Assembly (NCBI GenBank): GCA_039024555.1 | Contig: JBCCQQ010000023.1 | Coordinates: 1 to 64,000 of the forward strand | Length of the DNA stretch: 64,000 nucleotides | From: Cyanobacteria bacterium P01_D01_bin.156 | GTDB taxonomy: Bacteria > Cyanobacteriota > Cyanobacteriia > Phormidesmidales > Phormidesmidaceae | Reading direction: 5' to 3' | In this document: in pieces, positions 9,625 to 20,874 of the stretch | Position numbering within the stretch: position 1 is the stretch's first letter | How the letters are laid out: each line of letters begins with the position of its first letter | Notes under the pieces: model-generated | What the model saw: only the letters and a program-made list of their open reading frames with translations | What the model was told of the DNA's origin: nothing | The model's database searches: none | Position numbers and translations under genes: made by a program

Positions 9625-10857
9625 CTAAGTCATGGGAGTATTTGCAGGTTTTTCGATAGAATCAGCATTCTCTTTAATAAAACTGCTATATGTTGGCTCT
9701 TCCAATTTACGTTGATTCCATGTATTTACTCGTTGTGCAGTTTGCTTGCCTAGACTACCTTCCAAGGCTTGTTCTAAAACCTGTTCGTAGGCAGAACATT
9801 CCATTTCAGCAGTGAACGATTCCTCAAAGTTCTTAATACTGTTTATCATCAACCGATTCAGTTCGTCGGCATTCTCTAGTAATAGATCAAAGGCATAGGA
9901 ACAGTCACTCTCATCTCTAAAATAAACAGCTCCTGCACCAGCAACCCATTTGTTAAATTGATTGTCATGTGCCAGAATTGGCGACCCTGCTCCTAATGCC
10001 TCTACTAAAGATGGATTTGTTCCACCAACTGTATGACCATGTATGTATAAGGAAGCATAGTATCTGAGCGCCTCTACCTTCTCATGCTCATATATGCCAC
10101 CAGGAAAGACAACCTCATCACTGGCTGCTTTAAGCACTTGTCTGTGATAGGAGTTGCTATCCGGCTTATAGTTACCCAGGATCACAAGTTTAGTATCTCT
10201 CTTGCTTCTGGAAAAAGCCGTAACAATCTCCAAAATATTATTTTCGGGTTCTGGTCTGGCAATGACAATGCAATAATCTTTGGGCGTTAAATTAAACTCC
10301 GTGAGGCAATCGGCATTAGCTTTACTAACCCTTTTGGCTCCGTAGGGGATCATTGTTATCTTATTACTGGCTACTCTGGTCTCCAAATGTTTGGTAATCT
10401 CAGGATGATCAGCGATTAAATGATTTCCAACTATACAACCAGCGCGTTCATTTAGATAGAGCCAGAACTTCTCCAGAGCATTCCATTTTTGTCGTTTCCA
10501 TTCCAGTCCATCCATATTGATGATATTGGTTAGACCTTTGATACGATACCAAATCGAAAAAATGGCTGTGTTATATCCCAGCGTTAAAATTAAGTCTCCC
10601 TCTTGCGCTGCATGGAGGGTCGATTTCCAATCAAATAGGATAGTGCCAACTGAACTGGCTTCAGCGACAGGAATCTTTATCAGGCGAATATCATTCCAAT
10701 AGTCTTCTGCAATCTTCTTCCCAACATAATCTTCACAGTAAACGGTAACTTCCCACCCCTTATCCGCTAGATAAAATGCTAGGCGCTCTGCAAATGTTTC
10801 AAATCCGCCATGGTTTCCAGGAATTCCACGGCATCCCAAAATCGACAGTCTTTTCAT
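9625..10857 (-). CDS. GT4 glycosyltransferase with DUF1972 N-terminus (WchF/RgpA-like, possible rhamnosyltransferase)
   Basis: ILGCRGIPGNHGGFETFAE, NMDGLEWKRQKW, ARPEPENN and HGHTVGGTNPSLVEA. Confidence 0.9.
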   Translation of the reverse strand: MKRLSILGCRGIPGNHGGFETFAERLAFYLADKGWEVTVYCEDYVGKKIAEDYWNDIRLIKIPVAEASSVGTILFDWKSTLHAAQEGDLILTLGYNTAIFSIWYRIKGLTNIINMDGLEWKRQKWNALEKFWLYLNERAGCIVGNHLIADHPEITKHLETRVASNKITMIPYGAKRVSKANADCLTEFNLTPKDYCIVIARPEPENNILEIVTAFSRSKRDTKLVILGNYKPDSNSYHRQVLKAASDEVVFPGGIYEHEKVEALRYYASLYIHGHTVGGTNPSLVEALGAGSPILAHDNQFNKWVAGAGAVYFRDESDCSYAFDLLLENADELNRLMINSIKNFEESFTAEMECSAYEQVLEQALEGSLGKQTAQRVNTWNQRKLEEPTYSSFIKENADSIEKPANTPMT

Positions 10858-11393
10858 TATTAGGCTAATGGCTATATATATTCGTAGATGCGCTTGCTAT
10901 CACACAGGTGGAATGAGCAAGCTCAAAAGGGACTCATAATTGATGCCCTAAACTTCCCTACAAGATGTCAATGACTCTAAAGTTATGCATTCGGAAAATC
11001 ATAGATAGAATGACTTACAAAAATAGCCGATTAGTTTAATTATCACACAGTGGCTAATAATTTTTTAGTGATGATCATTACTAACTGTTCCTTAAAATAG
11101 TCATTTTAATCATTTTTTTGAAAAGCTCGCCCAATGTAATATCCAAACTTATAATCTGTACGATAAGAGTGTAGCTGGAATGGGCTATCTATTTTTTCAT
11201 TAATTATGGTAGCTATCTAACAGTTGACAAAGGATATGGAAGCGTTGTATCTGGATCTCGCCATCTGCTTGCTAAAGTTAAGAATCTAGTTGACTAAGAA
11301 ATATTCAAAGTTTGTAAATAGGGCTAAAAGTCCCTAGTCTTGCTGAAAAAGATTAGCTTGTTTGTGGGCTATTTGGTTAAGTATGGAATTCTC

Positions 11394-12395
11394 CTATGGT
11401 AGATAACCTAAGGCTTGCATTGTCTCTTGAAAATGAGAAGCAATAGATGGGCTTATGTTGATCTTATTGCGGGGGGGGCTAGAGCAAAGTTTTTGACTGG
11501 CATAGTTTAGGAGTCTAGTGCTAGGGGGTAATTCACAGAAGTCTAAAAGACTCTGCAAAGAAGTATTGGGGCTAGTAATCAAGTCTTCATAGTGAAGCTT
11601 GTATACACTATGAGGAAAAGTATTCATTAGATTTATGCCTTCCTTCATTGCAAGAATCCATTCCAGTATTGCCATATCTAATGGATTCTCTAGTTCTTGC
11701 CTTTTTGTAATTAAGTGCATCAAACTTTGATCAGTGCTGATAATTTGCTCCAAAAGTAGATTCCATTTACGATTGTCTACTCCCCACCAATCATGGCGTT
11801 CAGTTTTCTTGCTTACGCGCTCTTTCTTAGACCACCATCCTTCGATTGATTGACAAGTATCCCAACCATTCCGCACCAAGAAAATAAACTTTGCATCAGG
11901 GAATAGTGATTTCACAAAAGGAACACGAAAGATAAGTTCTGGATACTTGTCTACAACTCGGTGAGTACCTGTAATAGCCAGGTATGCTCCAAAGAGCTTA
12001 TGAGCATCATCTATATTTTTCTCAGATACATCTTTGGATGTTAGTCGATATTTAGCAGGCCCACGAGCATAGGTGCCAACTAAATCTTCTTCAGGATAGA
12101 TAGCATGCCAAAGAGCTTTGGGTTCATTTAAGAAACCAACGTCATGATGCATTGATAGAAGATTTCCTAGGATAGTAGTACCACTACGCCCAACACCAAT
12201 GATAAAAACTGGTTTATTAACAGCTTTAAGTTGTGGCAGTTTTTTTTGTAACTTGAAAAATTGAAGAATAAGCGGATTTAACCATTGCCCTTTTGTTGTT
12301 ATGGGGCGACCTTCGAAAAAAATATAGCTTAGGAGACGAGTAATTACTTTTCGATAGCTAGTCTCGATATATAGCTTATCAATTTGAGCAACCAT
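11394..12395 (-). CDS. PAPS-dependent sulfotransferase
   Basis: IIGVGRSGTTIL, FLNEP, LVRNGWDTCQS and LHYEDL. Confidence 0.9.
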   Translation of the reverse strand: MVAQIDKLYIETSYRKVITRLLSYIFFEGRPITTKGQWLNPLILQFFKLQKKLPQLKAVNKPVFIIGVGRSGTTILGNLLSMHHDVGFLNEPKALWHAIYPEEDLVGTYARGPAKYRLTSKDVSEKNIDDAHKLFGAYLAITGTHRVVDKYPELIFRVPFVKSLFPDAKFIFLVRNGWDTCQSIEGWWSKKERVSKKTERHDWWGVDNRKWNLLLEQIISTDQSLMHLITKRQELENPLDMAILEWILAMKEGINLMNTFPHSVYKLHYEDLITSPNTSLQSLLDFCELPPSTRLLNYASQKLCSSPPRNKINISPSIASHFQETMQALGYLP

Positions 12396-12497
12396 GGTAT
12401 GAGTAGAATAAATTTAGAAGTGCTACTTGCCTGGAAACAGAGTATTTTTATAGATTATTTGAAGAGCTATTAGTTATTAAATACTTTTGGCCATTCA

Positions 12498-13964
12498 TCA
12501 CCTCTCAGCGATTTCAATCTCTTTATGTGTACGATGATTCTTGAACTCATTGACTTGTACATGAAACATATTGACTACAAGCCCTGCCAAGAGCCAAAAA
12601 TAGAAACTAAATGTTCTCAATCTAACAACACGTTCGACAAAAGCATAGAGTACTGTAACTGCTAACAATGTTGTAAATGTTCCACCTAAAACCTTATACT
12701 CAGGCTTCTCTCCATAACGGCATAGCCATCTAGCCGTATCGTACAATCTCTTTAGAATGAAAGCATAAATAGCTGTGCCGATAATCCCAAAGTATGCAAC
12801 AGATGCTGCCCAAAAGCTATCGTCAAAAACTCTCTCATCGCGCTTGAGCTTATCGATATCCCTAGCGGTTGAAAGAGTGTCACTAATAGCCCTCTGCGTA
12901 TTATCAAAGTCAGGACCAAAGCCAAACCAACTTTGAGTGCTTAAAATTGCATTATGTATTACTCTTACAAACCAGCCTCTTGCACTTTCGTTTGAAGCCT
13001 CCCAGTAATCTGGCGAGAACAGCTGCAGTATATATTCGGTAGCAGGGATGGCTTCTTCTCGGACTGAAGCACTACTAGAAAATGATGGTCCACTCCCAAA
13101 CATCAAAACTAGAACAGAACACACTAATCCAAGGGCAGCATAAAGCCAGATGAAAGATAAAAGTTTCTTAGGGCGGTTATATGAATGAAATAGAACTAAG
13201 GGAATAAGTAAAAATATTACTAGTGCTGCTCTCTTCTTAGATGCAAAAATACCAAAGAATGTAAAGCCTAATTGTTTTAAGTAAGCGATGTCTGGTATGA
13301 GACTATTGCCAGAGATGTAGCTCTCGGCAAAAAATATGCATGCAGCGACTAGCAAAAGAGAGGCTAATACGGCACTACTAGAAAATGTACCTGCTGTAGC
13401 TCCAACTTTCAGAGTGCCAGCGGCAGCATGGCTGGGATATTTAAACCCTTCTACTTCAAAATCTTGAGGCGCGAAAAAAGCTTGATTGAAACTAGGAGGT
13501 AAAAAATATTGAATAGAACTTATTAAGGCTTGGATGAAAAGAATTTTTTTAAGACCGCTGAGTAATTTACTTAATTCGGAATTTGAAATGTTAATGTTAA
13601 CTACAATGTAGAAAACGGAGAGATATCGCCAAATTGTTCGCAGGTTAATGATGCTACCCTTAATTGCTGCGCCATTGATGATAATTGACACAGCTGTTGC
13701 GAAAATAAAAGCTACCAACAGTAAATCAATAGGGGTTTTTTTGAGAGTTTCTCCGCGCAGTAGTTTGGAACCACAAATATAAAACGCTAAACCATAGAGT
13801 AAAAGTTCCGGAATAAACCTGACAACTAAGGCAATATTTCCCGGCATCCAACGGAGTATAAAATCTTCAAAGGTCACATAGATAGTAATCCAGAAAATTA
13901 TTTGAAAGTAAATGTTGTTTATACTTTTAATCTGCCTTTCGACAGCACTATATAGAGATGACAT
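12498..13964 (-). CDS. Wzy-like O-antigen polymerase/ligase-family membrane protein
   Basis: Many hydrophobic segments with periplasmic loops, SARG, WFGFGP and YFGIIG motifs, within a polysaccharide locus. Confidence 0.7.
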   Translation of the reverse strand: MSSLYSAVERQIKSINNIYFQIIFWITIYVTFEDFILRWMPGNIALVVRFIPELLLYGLAFYICGSKLLRGETLKKTPIDLLLVAFIFATAVSIIINGAAIKGSIINLRTIWRYLSVFYIVVNINISNSELSKLLSGLKKILFIQALISSIQYFLPPSFNQAFFAPQDFEVEGFKYPSHAAAGTLKVGATAGTFSSSAVLASLLLVAACIFFAESYISGNSLIPDIAYLKQLGFTFFGIFASKKRAALVIFLLIPLVLFHSYNRPKKLLSFIWLYAALGLVCSVLVLMFGSGPSFSSSASVREEAIPATEYILQLFSPDYWEASNESARGWFVRVIHNAILSTQSWFGFGPDFDNTQRAISDTLSTARDIDKLKRDERVFDDSFWAASVAYFGIIGTAIYAFILKRLYDTARWLCRYGEKPEYKVLGGTFTTLLAVTVLYAFVERVVRLRTFSFYFWLLAGLVVNMFHVQVNEFKNHRTHKEIEIAER

Positions 13965-14829
13965 ATATCAAAAGTGTGACGTCTTAAGAGTTAGTGGAGC
14001 AAGATATATGGCTTCATTTTTTGTATGAGACATATTTTTGGAAAAGATAAATACATACTCATAATATAATGTAAGGCAAGAATAATCTTGATGAAAATTT
14101 ATTGAAATATTGTTTTTTTGATGAAGAATCGTCTGGCTTCTAGGAGCTATTAAGGCGATAGTCTTTGGGGTTAGGGTGCCATAAATCCTTTGAAATTCAT
14201 GCCTGTTCAGGCTTTCAAGAGCAAATGAAAAGATTGGCTGCATGGTGTTACTGTGACTCAGAGTGTAGCTTCGTTAGGTAAATATGAAGGGGGTGTAAAG
14301 GCTTTCGCATTTAACGCTAAAGCATCAATAGCGATTTGTTTGATTGAGAATGAGTCATTAATGGATAGACAGCTGCCTTGTTAACTCAACGGTTTATGAT
14401 GTCGTAGAAAATGTTAGGAGTTAATGTATCCCCCATTATTAGGACTATGCGTCGACAGTATGTCGATTAAAATAGTGGTTAGTCCTTGACAAATCAGGAT
14501 CAAGCTTTGAGCCACAATCATAAGTTATTGATGGGAGGTTGGACACGATTTTTCTCTCATTTTGATATTGCTCTCTATGGCATCATATTATTTGTTCTGA
14601 TTTTTAGAAGGGCTACCCTAGCAAGACCCTATGTCTTTGTTGAAAACGGATTTTATAATCTTAATGAATTATCTTTATGCTCTGCCTGATGTATAGGAGG
14701 CAATATTTAGTGGGACTTATAAAAGATCTCTAGGCTAAGAGATATGCAAAATTGTCTACAAAAGACTTTGTCTGAATAGGCTAAATTTAAGTAGTTGTTT
14801 AAAGCCTGCTCTATAAATGCCTCTGGATG

Positions 14830-14926
14830 TTACTCCGGCAATAAAATAGAACTAGGCATTTTAGTCTGGGGTCCACACTCTATGGGTCTTGGGTTAGTCA
14901 TTTTGCTTGTGTGGTTGCCGGAGTAA
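14830..14926. mobile_element. Putative 97-bp MITE (IS630/Tc1-like, TA-flanked)
   Basis: Perfect 12-bp terminal inverted repeats TTACTCCGGCAA / TTGCCGGAGTAA around a non-coding interior. Confidence 0.5.
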
Positions 14927-14975
14927 TAAACGCTTATGTTTCTAGGCTCAAGTAGCATTCAATGAGATTGAAACT

Positions 14976-16091
14976 ATGACTATTGCCCTGATTGCCTATT
15001 ATTTAGGTCCTCGTTTAGGAATCGGTAATTATATCAATCAACTCTCACCTTTGTTGGTACCTCTTTTAAGACAACAAGATAAAGATATCAAAATTCTGAG
15101 TTCGCCGAATGCGGCTAAAAATACGCCAGCTTTGAACTATCTATCAGACTATGTTGAGATTCTGCCTGAGTTAGATTTCTCCCCTCTCAAGCGCTACTTT
15201 TGGTTAGCAACTAAGTTTTCCAAGTATTGCCGTGAGAATGACATTAAGTTGGTGGTTTGGCTTTCAAATCCAGTTATTTTGCCTTGGCATCCGGCCAGTA
15301 TTGCTGTTATACATGATGTCACTGAGTGGAAAGCCAAAGAAAAGTATGGGAGCCGTTTTAGAACTGCCTTGAGGTCGTGGCTCTATTTAGATAATTCTAT
15401 TTTGTTTTCCAAAAAAATTATTGTTGTCAGTCAGGCAACTAAGAACGATTTATTCTATTTTCGCCCTCATTTGAAGAAGCAACGTAAAACTGAGGTGATT
15501 TCTAATGGAGTTGATTCTACATTAACGAGTCGGTCGGTAGTGGATATATCTGCATTGGATGTTCCTTTCTTGTTGTCAGTAGGGCGGATTGATCCGGTAG
15601 CCAAGCGTTTACCCGAAGCAGTTAGTCTTGTGAAAGCTCTCAGGCAGAAAAGTGGTGAATCTTGGCAGCTTCAGCTGGTTGGTGGAATGAACTCAAGTAC
15701 TCAAAAAGCTGGCGAGAGTTTTTTAGAATCCACTTCTGACTTAGATTGGGTTCACTATCAGGGACATGTCAGTGATGATGAACTTGCTCAGTGGTATCGT
15801 CGGTCTTCAGGGGTTGTTTTTTTGTCAGATAACGAAGGCTTTGGATGTCCAATCGCTGAAGCGGCTTCATTTAGAAAGTGGGTGATTGTGAATCAAGCCA
15901 ATGAAGCTGCAGCTGAAGTTGGTAAAGGCTCTATTATCCCTATCGACCTGAAAGAATCACAAAAATCGGCTATCAAAGTTCTACACCAACTGTCTTCTGA
16001 TGAAGAGCCTAAATTTAATGATGCATTACCAACCTGGGATATTAGTGCTCAAGCATATGCAAATGTTATTGCTTCCATATTGCAAAATTAA
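14976..16091 (+). CDS. GT4 family glycosyltransferase
   Basis: VIHD, VVSQATKND, LSVGR and EGFGCPIAEA (EX7E) motifs. Confidence 0.9.
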   Translation: MTIALIAYYLGPRLGIGNYINQLSPLLVPLLRQQDKDIKILSSPNAAKNTPALNYLSDYVEILPELDFSPLKRYFWLATKFSKYCRENDIKLVVWLSNPVILPWHPASIAVIHDVTEWKAKEKYGSRFRTALRSWLYLDNSILFSKKIIVVSQATKNDLFYFRPHLKKQRKTEVISNGVDSTLTSRSVVDISALDVPFLLSVGRIDPVAKRLPEAVSLVKALRQKSGESWQLQLVGGMNSSTQKAGESFLESTSDLDWVHYQGHVSDDELAQWYRRSSGVVFLSDNEGFGCPIAEAASFRKWVIVNQANEAAAEVGKGSIIPIDLKESQKSAIKVLHQLSSDEEPKFNDALPTWDISAQAYANVIASILQN

Positions 16092-16390
16092 TCATTCAGC
16101 CTATTCGCACTCACAGAGGCGGACAAATCCTTCCGTTTTCATAAATTAAAGTGTTTTAGGAAGGTAAAATCCTCAAATTAATCAAAAGCCATGAGCAAGG
16201 TACTTCATTTTGCTTATGGCTATGATCATAGATTGAGTGAAAATGCTAGTAATTTAAAGAAAACTAGGACTGTGTTTATAAAAAATATATCTACTCTTTA
16301 TTATAAAAATTAACTGTTCAGATAAAATATTAATGATTTAACGCAAAAAAAGTATCAATAACATGGTATTGGCGGAGGCATTGGAATTTA

Positions 16391-17572
16391 ATGTTATGTC
16401 TAAAATTGTCTTTAGCGTTAGTTTTGAGTTTTTACTCGTTCTGGGCTCCAAGAAGAGTGTTGGCTGATGAGCTACCCGAATTACCCAGAGTAAATATAAG
16501 GCATAGCGAAAGCTCTGGAATGGGTTCGGTCATATCCAATCAACATAGGCATAGTTTTGCTAGTACTATCAATGGGCAAGATTTACCTTTCTCGCCCGGA
16601 GACCGCATCAGACTTCGGATCCCTGGTGTAGGTGGGGAAGCTTTCAGTGGCGACTATGAGATTAGCTTCAATGGCATTCTCGAAATCCCTTTTATAGAGC
16701 CAATTCTAGCCGCTGGTTTAAGCCCATCCTTATTACAAGAAAAAATAAGACTCACCTTATTAGACAATCAATTTTTTCAGCCTGACAAATTGAGAGTTAG
16801 TGTTCAAACTTTAGAGTACTCACCTGTTCATGTCTCGATTTCAGGGGCTGTCTTTCAGACTGGACGTCTATTACTGTCTAGGGATAATTCTGCTTTTGCA
16901 GACACAGCTACTCTAAGTGCTGACATTTCAGGAGATTATCCTTTGCAAAGGTATTTGACTTCTGCTCTCAAAGCTACGGGAGGAATCAAGCCCAATGCCG
17001 ATATTAGTCAAATTAGTGTTATCCGAGATGGAGTAACAAAGCTTGTTGATCTTTCTGGGATTTTTTCTGGTTCGCAAGTAACAGATTATCCATTAATTGC
17101 TGGTGATGAGGTGGTTGTTCCTGACTCAGGCGTCTTCCAAGATATGTTTGTTCAGCCTTCTCAAATCACGCCGGATAGTGTTGATTTGTATATATCAAAT
17201 TTGACTGAACCTGTCAGGTCAAGATCTTTGGAGGGTAGTGGAGACATAAATGTTTCAAGTTTTAAGTATGGTGCAAATTTGGTACAGGTATTAGTAGCCA
17301 GTGGCTGTGTTGGAGGCACTCGATCTACCAATGCGGCGCGTCAAGCTACTCTTATACAGTCTGATTTGGTGACTGAGGCTATTAATGTCTCAGAATACCG
17401 CATCTCCACATTAGTTCGTGAAGGTGATCATTCTAGAGAGAATAATCCATTGCTGATGCCCGATGATGCGATTGCATGCTACGACTCACGTAATACAGAT
17501 ATTCGTGGCATTTTTGATACGGTTACAGACTTCCTGAGCCCTATAAATATTTTACGTAATATATTGAGGTGA
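16391..17572 (+). CDS. Polysaccharide export protein (Wza/OPX, SLBB domains)
   Basis: Signal peptide, FSPGDRIRL, GILEIPFIEPILAAGLS, VSISGAVFQTG and ALKATGG. Confidence 0.85.
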   Translation: MLCLKLSLALVLSFYSFWAPRRVLADELPELPRVNIRHSESSGMGSVISNQHRHSFASTINGQDLPFSPGDRIRLRIPGVGGEAFSGDYEISFNGILEIPFIEPILAAGLSPSLLQEKIRLTLLDNQFFQPDKLRVSVQTLEYSPVHVSISGAVFQTGRLLLSRDNSAFADTATLSADISGDYPLQRYLTSALKATGGIKPNADISQISVIRDGVTKLVDLSGIFSGSQVTDYPLIAGDEVVVPDSGVFQDMFVQPSQITPDSVDLYISNLTEPVRSRSLEGSGDINVSSFKYGANLVQVLVASGCVGGTRSTNAARQATLIQSDLVTEAINVSEYRISTLVREGDHSRENNPLLMPDDAIACYDSRNTDIRGIFDTVTDFLSPINILRNILR

Positions 17573-18099
17573 GAATTCAGGTGCTACTTGATGAATCACT
17601 CTCGTTGAAAGACTGTCTACATTGCGATTTTTATGTTGGCTGCGCATATTGTGTAAGATGTATGTAAGTTAATTGGCTAAACCTTTATGGCTAACATTGT
17701 TTCTTTGTAATGAAAGTATTAAGTAGGTGGCCGGAACTATTCAACATTCCGAAGCCTGCCAGACAAGTAGCTTAGTGATTCAGAGCTACGTGTATTTATG
17801 ATCTCCTACTTAATAGGTCTAGAGTCTGACTTCTAAATACAAATAGGATAGGTTCTTGAACTAACACTGTGCTAATTTCTGACTCTAGGAATTAAAGTTC
17901 AAATAGTTGATTCACTCTGAGATATTAGCTTTAAGCTTTTGAGCCAAACTGACTGTTGCAAAGAATTCAGGAATGGCTGTGGCGGACAAGCTTAGATGTT
18001 TGAAGTGACTCTAAGTGTAGGAAAACTTTCAATTAAGTTTTCTATGTCTTTAGAGTTCTCTAAAGACTGAATAATAATCTACTGTATTTATCTTTAGCA

Positions 18100-19548
18100 A
18101 TGTCCGGATCTACTTCACTCCCTATCTTTAAATCTAAACAAGATTCTGGTGCTTCTAAGTATCGTTTTTCGAAGCTCAGTCTGCTCAGTTTGGGTGCTGT
18201 AGCTAATATCTTGATATGGTTTTTAGCGGTGCTTTATATCAAAATTACTCCAAAAACTTATACTAGTGAGTGGGGTTTGAATGTTTTAGAAGCATCATCT
18301 GGTGTAGATGTGTCATTGCCTGAGGGATGGCGAACTTCTGAAAGTCGTGAATCCTTCAGAGGAGTACCTTCTAAAGACCCTAGAGCCGAGTATGTTTTCT
18401 TAGTTCAAAATACTGGTTTACTGGAAGCAGCTGCCACTAGTATGGAACTTTCCTTGGTGGATTTTGGAGCTCCAGAAGTTACAACTGAACCATCAAGTTC
18501 GATTATTCGCTTTGTGATGGAAGGTGAAACTCCTGAACAAGCTCAAAAAAAGGCATTAGCGCTTAATTTGACCTTAGAGGAACGTATTGAAGAACTCAGA
18601 CAGCGAGAGGTATCGCGTCGAAAGGAAGATACTCAAAAAGAAATTGATGAAGCGCGTCAACAGTTAGAAGATGCTCAGGGCAAACTACTGTCGCACAAAG
18701 TACAATCAGGCTTAAGTTCGGATGCTCAAATTCAAGATTTAGCGGTAGGAATTGAGCAACTACGACGTCAATATGCTCAGGCACTGGCTCAAGAAAAGGG
18801 ACTTGAGAGTCGTACTCAACAGTTAGCTCGTGATCTTTCAGAGACTACAAATGGTGCTGCTGCTGCCTATAAGCTTTTGAATGATCCAGTTTATCAGAAC
18901 CAATTTAGTTCTTATGGAGTAGTTGCAGCAGAGCACGCTAGCTTAGCATCACAACTTGGAGAATCTCATCCTCAGCTTGTTGAGAAACAAGCTGAAATGA
19001 ATGGCTTATTGCAAGTTTTACAAGAGAGAGCTTCTTTTTTATTAGGTAGACCGGTAGATCAGCTTTTATTGAATGAGTTAGCGGTTATTGCTCAAGATCC
19101 TAGTGTAGAAATTTCCCGAGGCAGCCTTTTTCAAGAAACAATCTTAGGTCGTGCTAGTCAAATCGAGCTACGCTCGAAGACACAGGAACTCTTACTTCAA
19201 ATTGAGCAACTTGAGGGACGTCTCCGAATACTCACAGAGAGTAAGGTTGAAGCTGACCGGCTTGAACAGAATTTACAGGCAAAAGAGGCATTTTTTGCAT
19301 CTTCGATAACGAAGTTAACTCTTAATGAAGATGATATTGACTCGATCTATCCACCAATTCAATTAGTTACCCAACCAACATTACCTGAAGCCAATGAATT
19401 TATTTCTCCCAATTCAAGAATGGCCATTGTAGGTGCATTAGCAGGCTCTTTTCTGATTGTTGTTGGTATTATTCTTGTTTGGCCCAGAGAAATCGAATAT
19501 GACGCATCGGATAACAATGCATTAGCAGACTTGCCTTTTAGCCCTTAA
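18100..19548 (+). CDS. Polysaccharide co-polymerase / chain-length determinant (GumC/Wzc-like, no kinase domain)
   Basis: N- and C-terminal TM helices, long coiled-coil, GESHPQLV and QPTLP motifs. Confidence 0.85.
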   Translation: MSGSTSLPIFKSKQDSGASKYRFSKLSLLSLGAVANILIWFLAVLYIKITPKTYTSEWGLNVLEASSGVDVSLPEGWRTSESRESFRGVPSKDPRAEYVFLVQNTGLLEAAATSMELSLVDFGAPEVTTEPSSSIIRFVMEGETPEQAQKKALALNLTLEERIEELRQREVSRRKEDTQKEIDEARQQLEDAQGKLLSHKVQSGLSSDAQIQDLAVGIEQLRRQYAQALAQEKGLESRTQQLARDLSETTNGAAAAYKLLNDPVYQNQFSSYGVVAAEHASLASQLGESHPQLVEKQAEMNGLLQVLQERASFLLGRPVDQLLLNELAVIAQDPSVEISRGSLFQETILGRASQIELRSKTQELLLQIEQLEGRLRILTESKVEADRLEQNLQAKEAFFASSITKLTLNEDDIDSIYPPIQLVTQPTLPEANEFISPNSRMAIVGALAGSFLIVVGIILVWPREIEYDASDNNALADLPFSP

Positions 19549-19563
19549 AACTATTAGCTCCTC

Positions 19564-20874
19564 ATGAGGAATATATCTAAAAATAAGCTTCTAGGAAAAA
19601 TAGCTGGGGTTTTTGGGCTCAGGCTCTCGTATTCGGCATTGACTTTTGTTACTAGTGTTGTGCTTGCTCGAGTTTTGGGGGCGTCTGGGTTTGGTACATA
19701 TACGTATGTTGTTGTTTGGGCTTATTTTCTGAGTTTGCCTGCAACCATGGGTTTGGATAACTTTATTGTTCGCGAAGTAGCAATTTATCAAGGTCAGGGT
19801 TCTTGGAGCCTGATGCGAGGTTTGCTAGCGTGGGCAAATAGAACTGTTCTCTTTACATCTGTTGGATTATCGTTGATTGCAATTTTAATAGCCTGGATAT
19901 TAAATCAGGGTTTTGCTTCAGAGGCTTTTATAGTCTTCTGTGTCGCGATGAGCTTGATGCCAGCAATTTCTCTTAGAAATATTCGACGGGCTGCTATGAA
20001 GGGATTACATCAGGTTTCAAAAGGGCTATTGCCTGAATTGCTGATTGACCCTTTGATTCTTCTTATATTGACGGGGGTGGCTTATGTTTTGCTGAGACAA
20101 AACATCACTGTTTTGTGGGTTGTTAGCTTCTATGGTGTGGGAAGCTGTGTGACATTAGTGATTGTTAATAAATTTCTCCAGCAATCTATGCCAAGGGAAG
20201 CTTTGATAGCTCCGCCAACCTATCAGGGGAAGTTGTGGTTTTGGAGCACGTTGCCGTTTCTTTTGGTAGAAAGTCTTCCAATTCTTAATTCTCGAATTGA
20301 TGTATTAATGTTGGGTGGCATTAACGGCTTTGATTCTGTAGGTCTCTACGTTCCTATTAGTCGTAGTGCTCAGTTAATAGTATTTATCTTGATAGCGGTT
20401 GGTAATACATTGGCACCTACGATTGCTAGTGCTTATGCCGATAATAAACTGTTTGATTTGCAGAAAACAATCACAAAAAGTGTCAGATTAATTATAGGGA
20501 TTGCATTTGTATTTTCGATTGCTCTGAGCGTTGGCAGTTATTGGTATTTAGCTCTTTTTGGTGCAGAGTATCTACAAGGTAAAAATGCTCTTTACCTCTT
20601 TTGTATTGGTAGTTTTTTGTCTACTTCAATGGGGCTGTCGTTTGTGATTTTGAACATGACTGGACATGAGCGACTTACCGCTATAGTCGGTTGGTTATCA
20701 GTTGGTCTTAATATAATATTCAATGCTATTTGTATTCCTAAGTGGGGTATTGAGGGTGCTGCGTTTGCAACCTCCCTTAGTAACTGCTTAAGGACACTTG
20801 TTGGCGTAATAGTTGTCAGGAAAAAATTAGGTATTGATGCTACTGGCTTCGGTTTAATGCCTAAAGTACCCTAG
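19564..20874 (+). CDS. Wzx flippase (MOP superfamily)
   Basis: LARVLGASGFGTY, RIDVLMLG, IPKWGIEGAAFAT and multiple TM segments. Confidence 0.92.
   Translation: MRNISKNKLLGKIAGVFGLRLSYSALTFVTSVVLARVLGASGFGTYTYVVVWAYFLSLPATMGLDNFIVREVAIYQGQGSWSLMRGLLAWANRTVLFTSVGLSLIAILIAWILNQGFASEAFIVFCVAMSLMPAISLRNIRRAAMKGLHQVSKGLLPELLIDPLILLILTGVAYVLLRQNITVLWVVSFYGVGSCVTLVIVNKFLQQSMPREALIAPPTYQGKLWFWSTLPFLLVESLPILNSRIDVLMLGGINGFDSVGLYVPISRSAQLIVFILIAVGNTLAPTIASAYADNKLFDLQKTITKSVRLIIGIAFVFSIALSVGSYWYLALFGAEYLQGKNALYLFCIGSFLSTSMGLSFVILNMTGHERLTAIVGWLSVGLNIIFNAICIPKWGIEGAAFATSLSNCLRTLVGVIVVRKKLGIDATGFGLMPKVP

Noticed and set aside
13968..14689. Short ORFs 13968-14243 and 14486-14689
   Set aside because: No recognisable motifs; AT-rich intergenic composition; likely spurious.
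16365..16385. ops/JUMPStart element (GGCGGAGG) before wza
   Set aside because: It does not match GGCGGTAG and more likely serves as the RBS.
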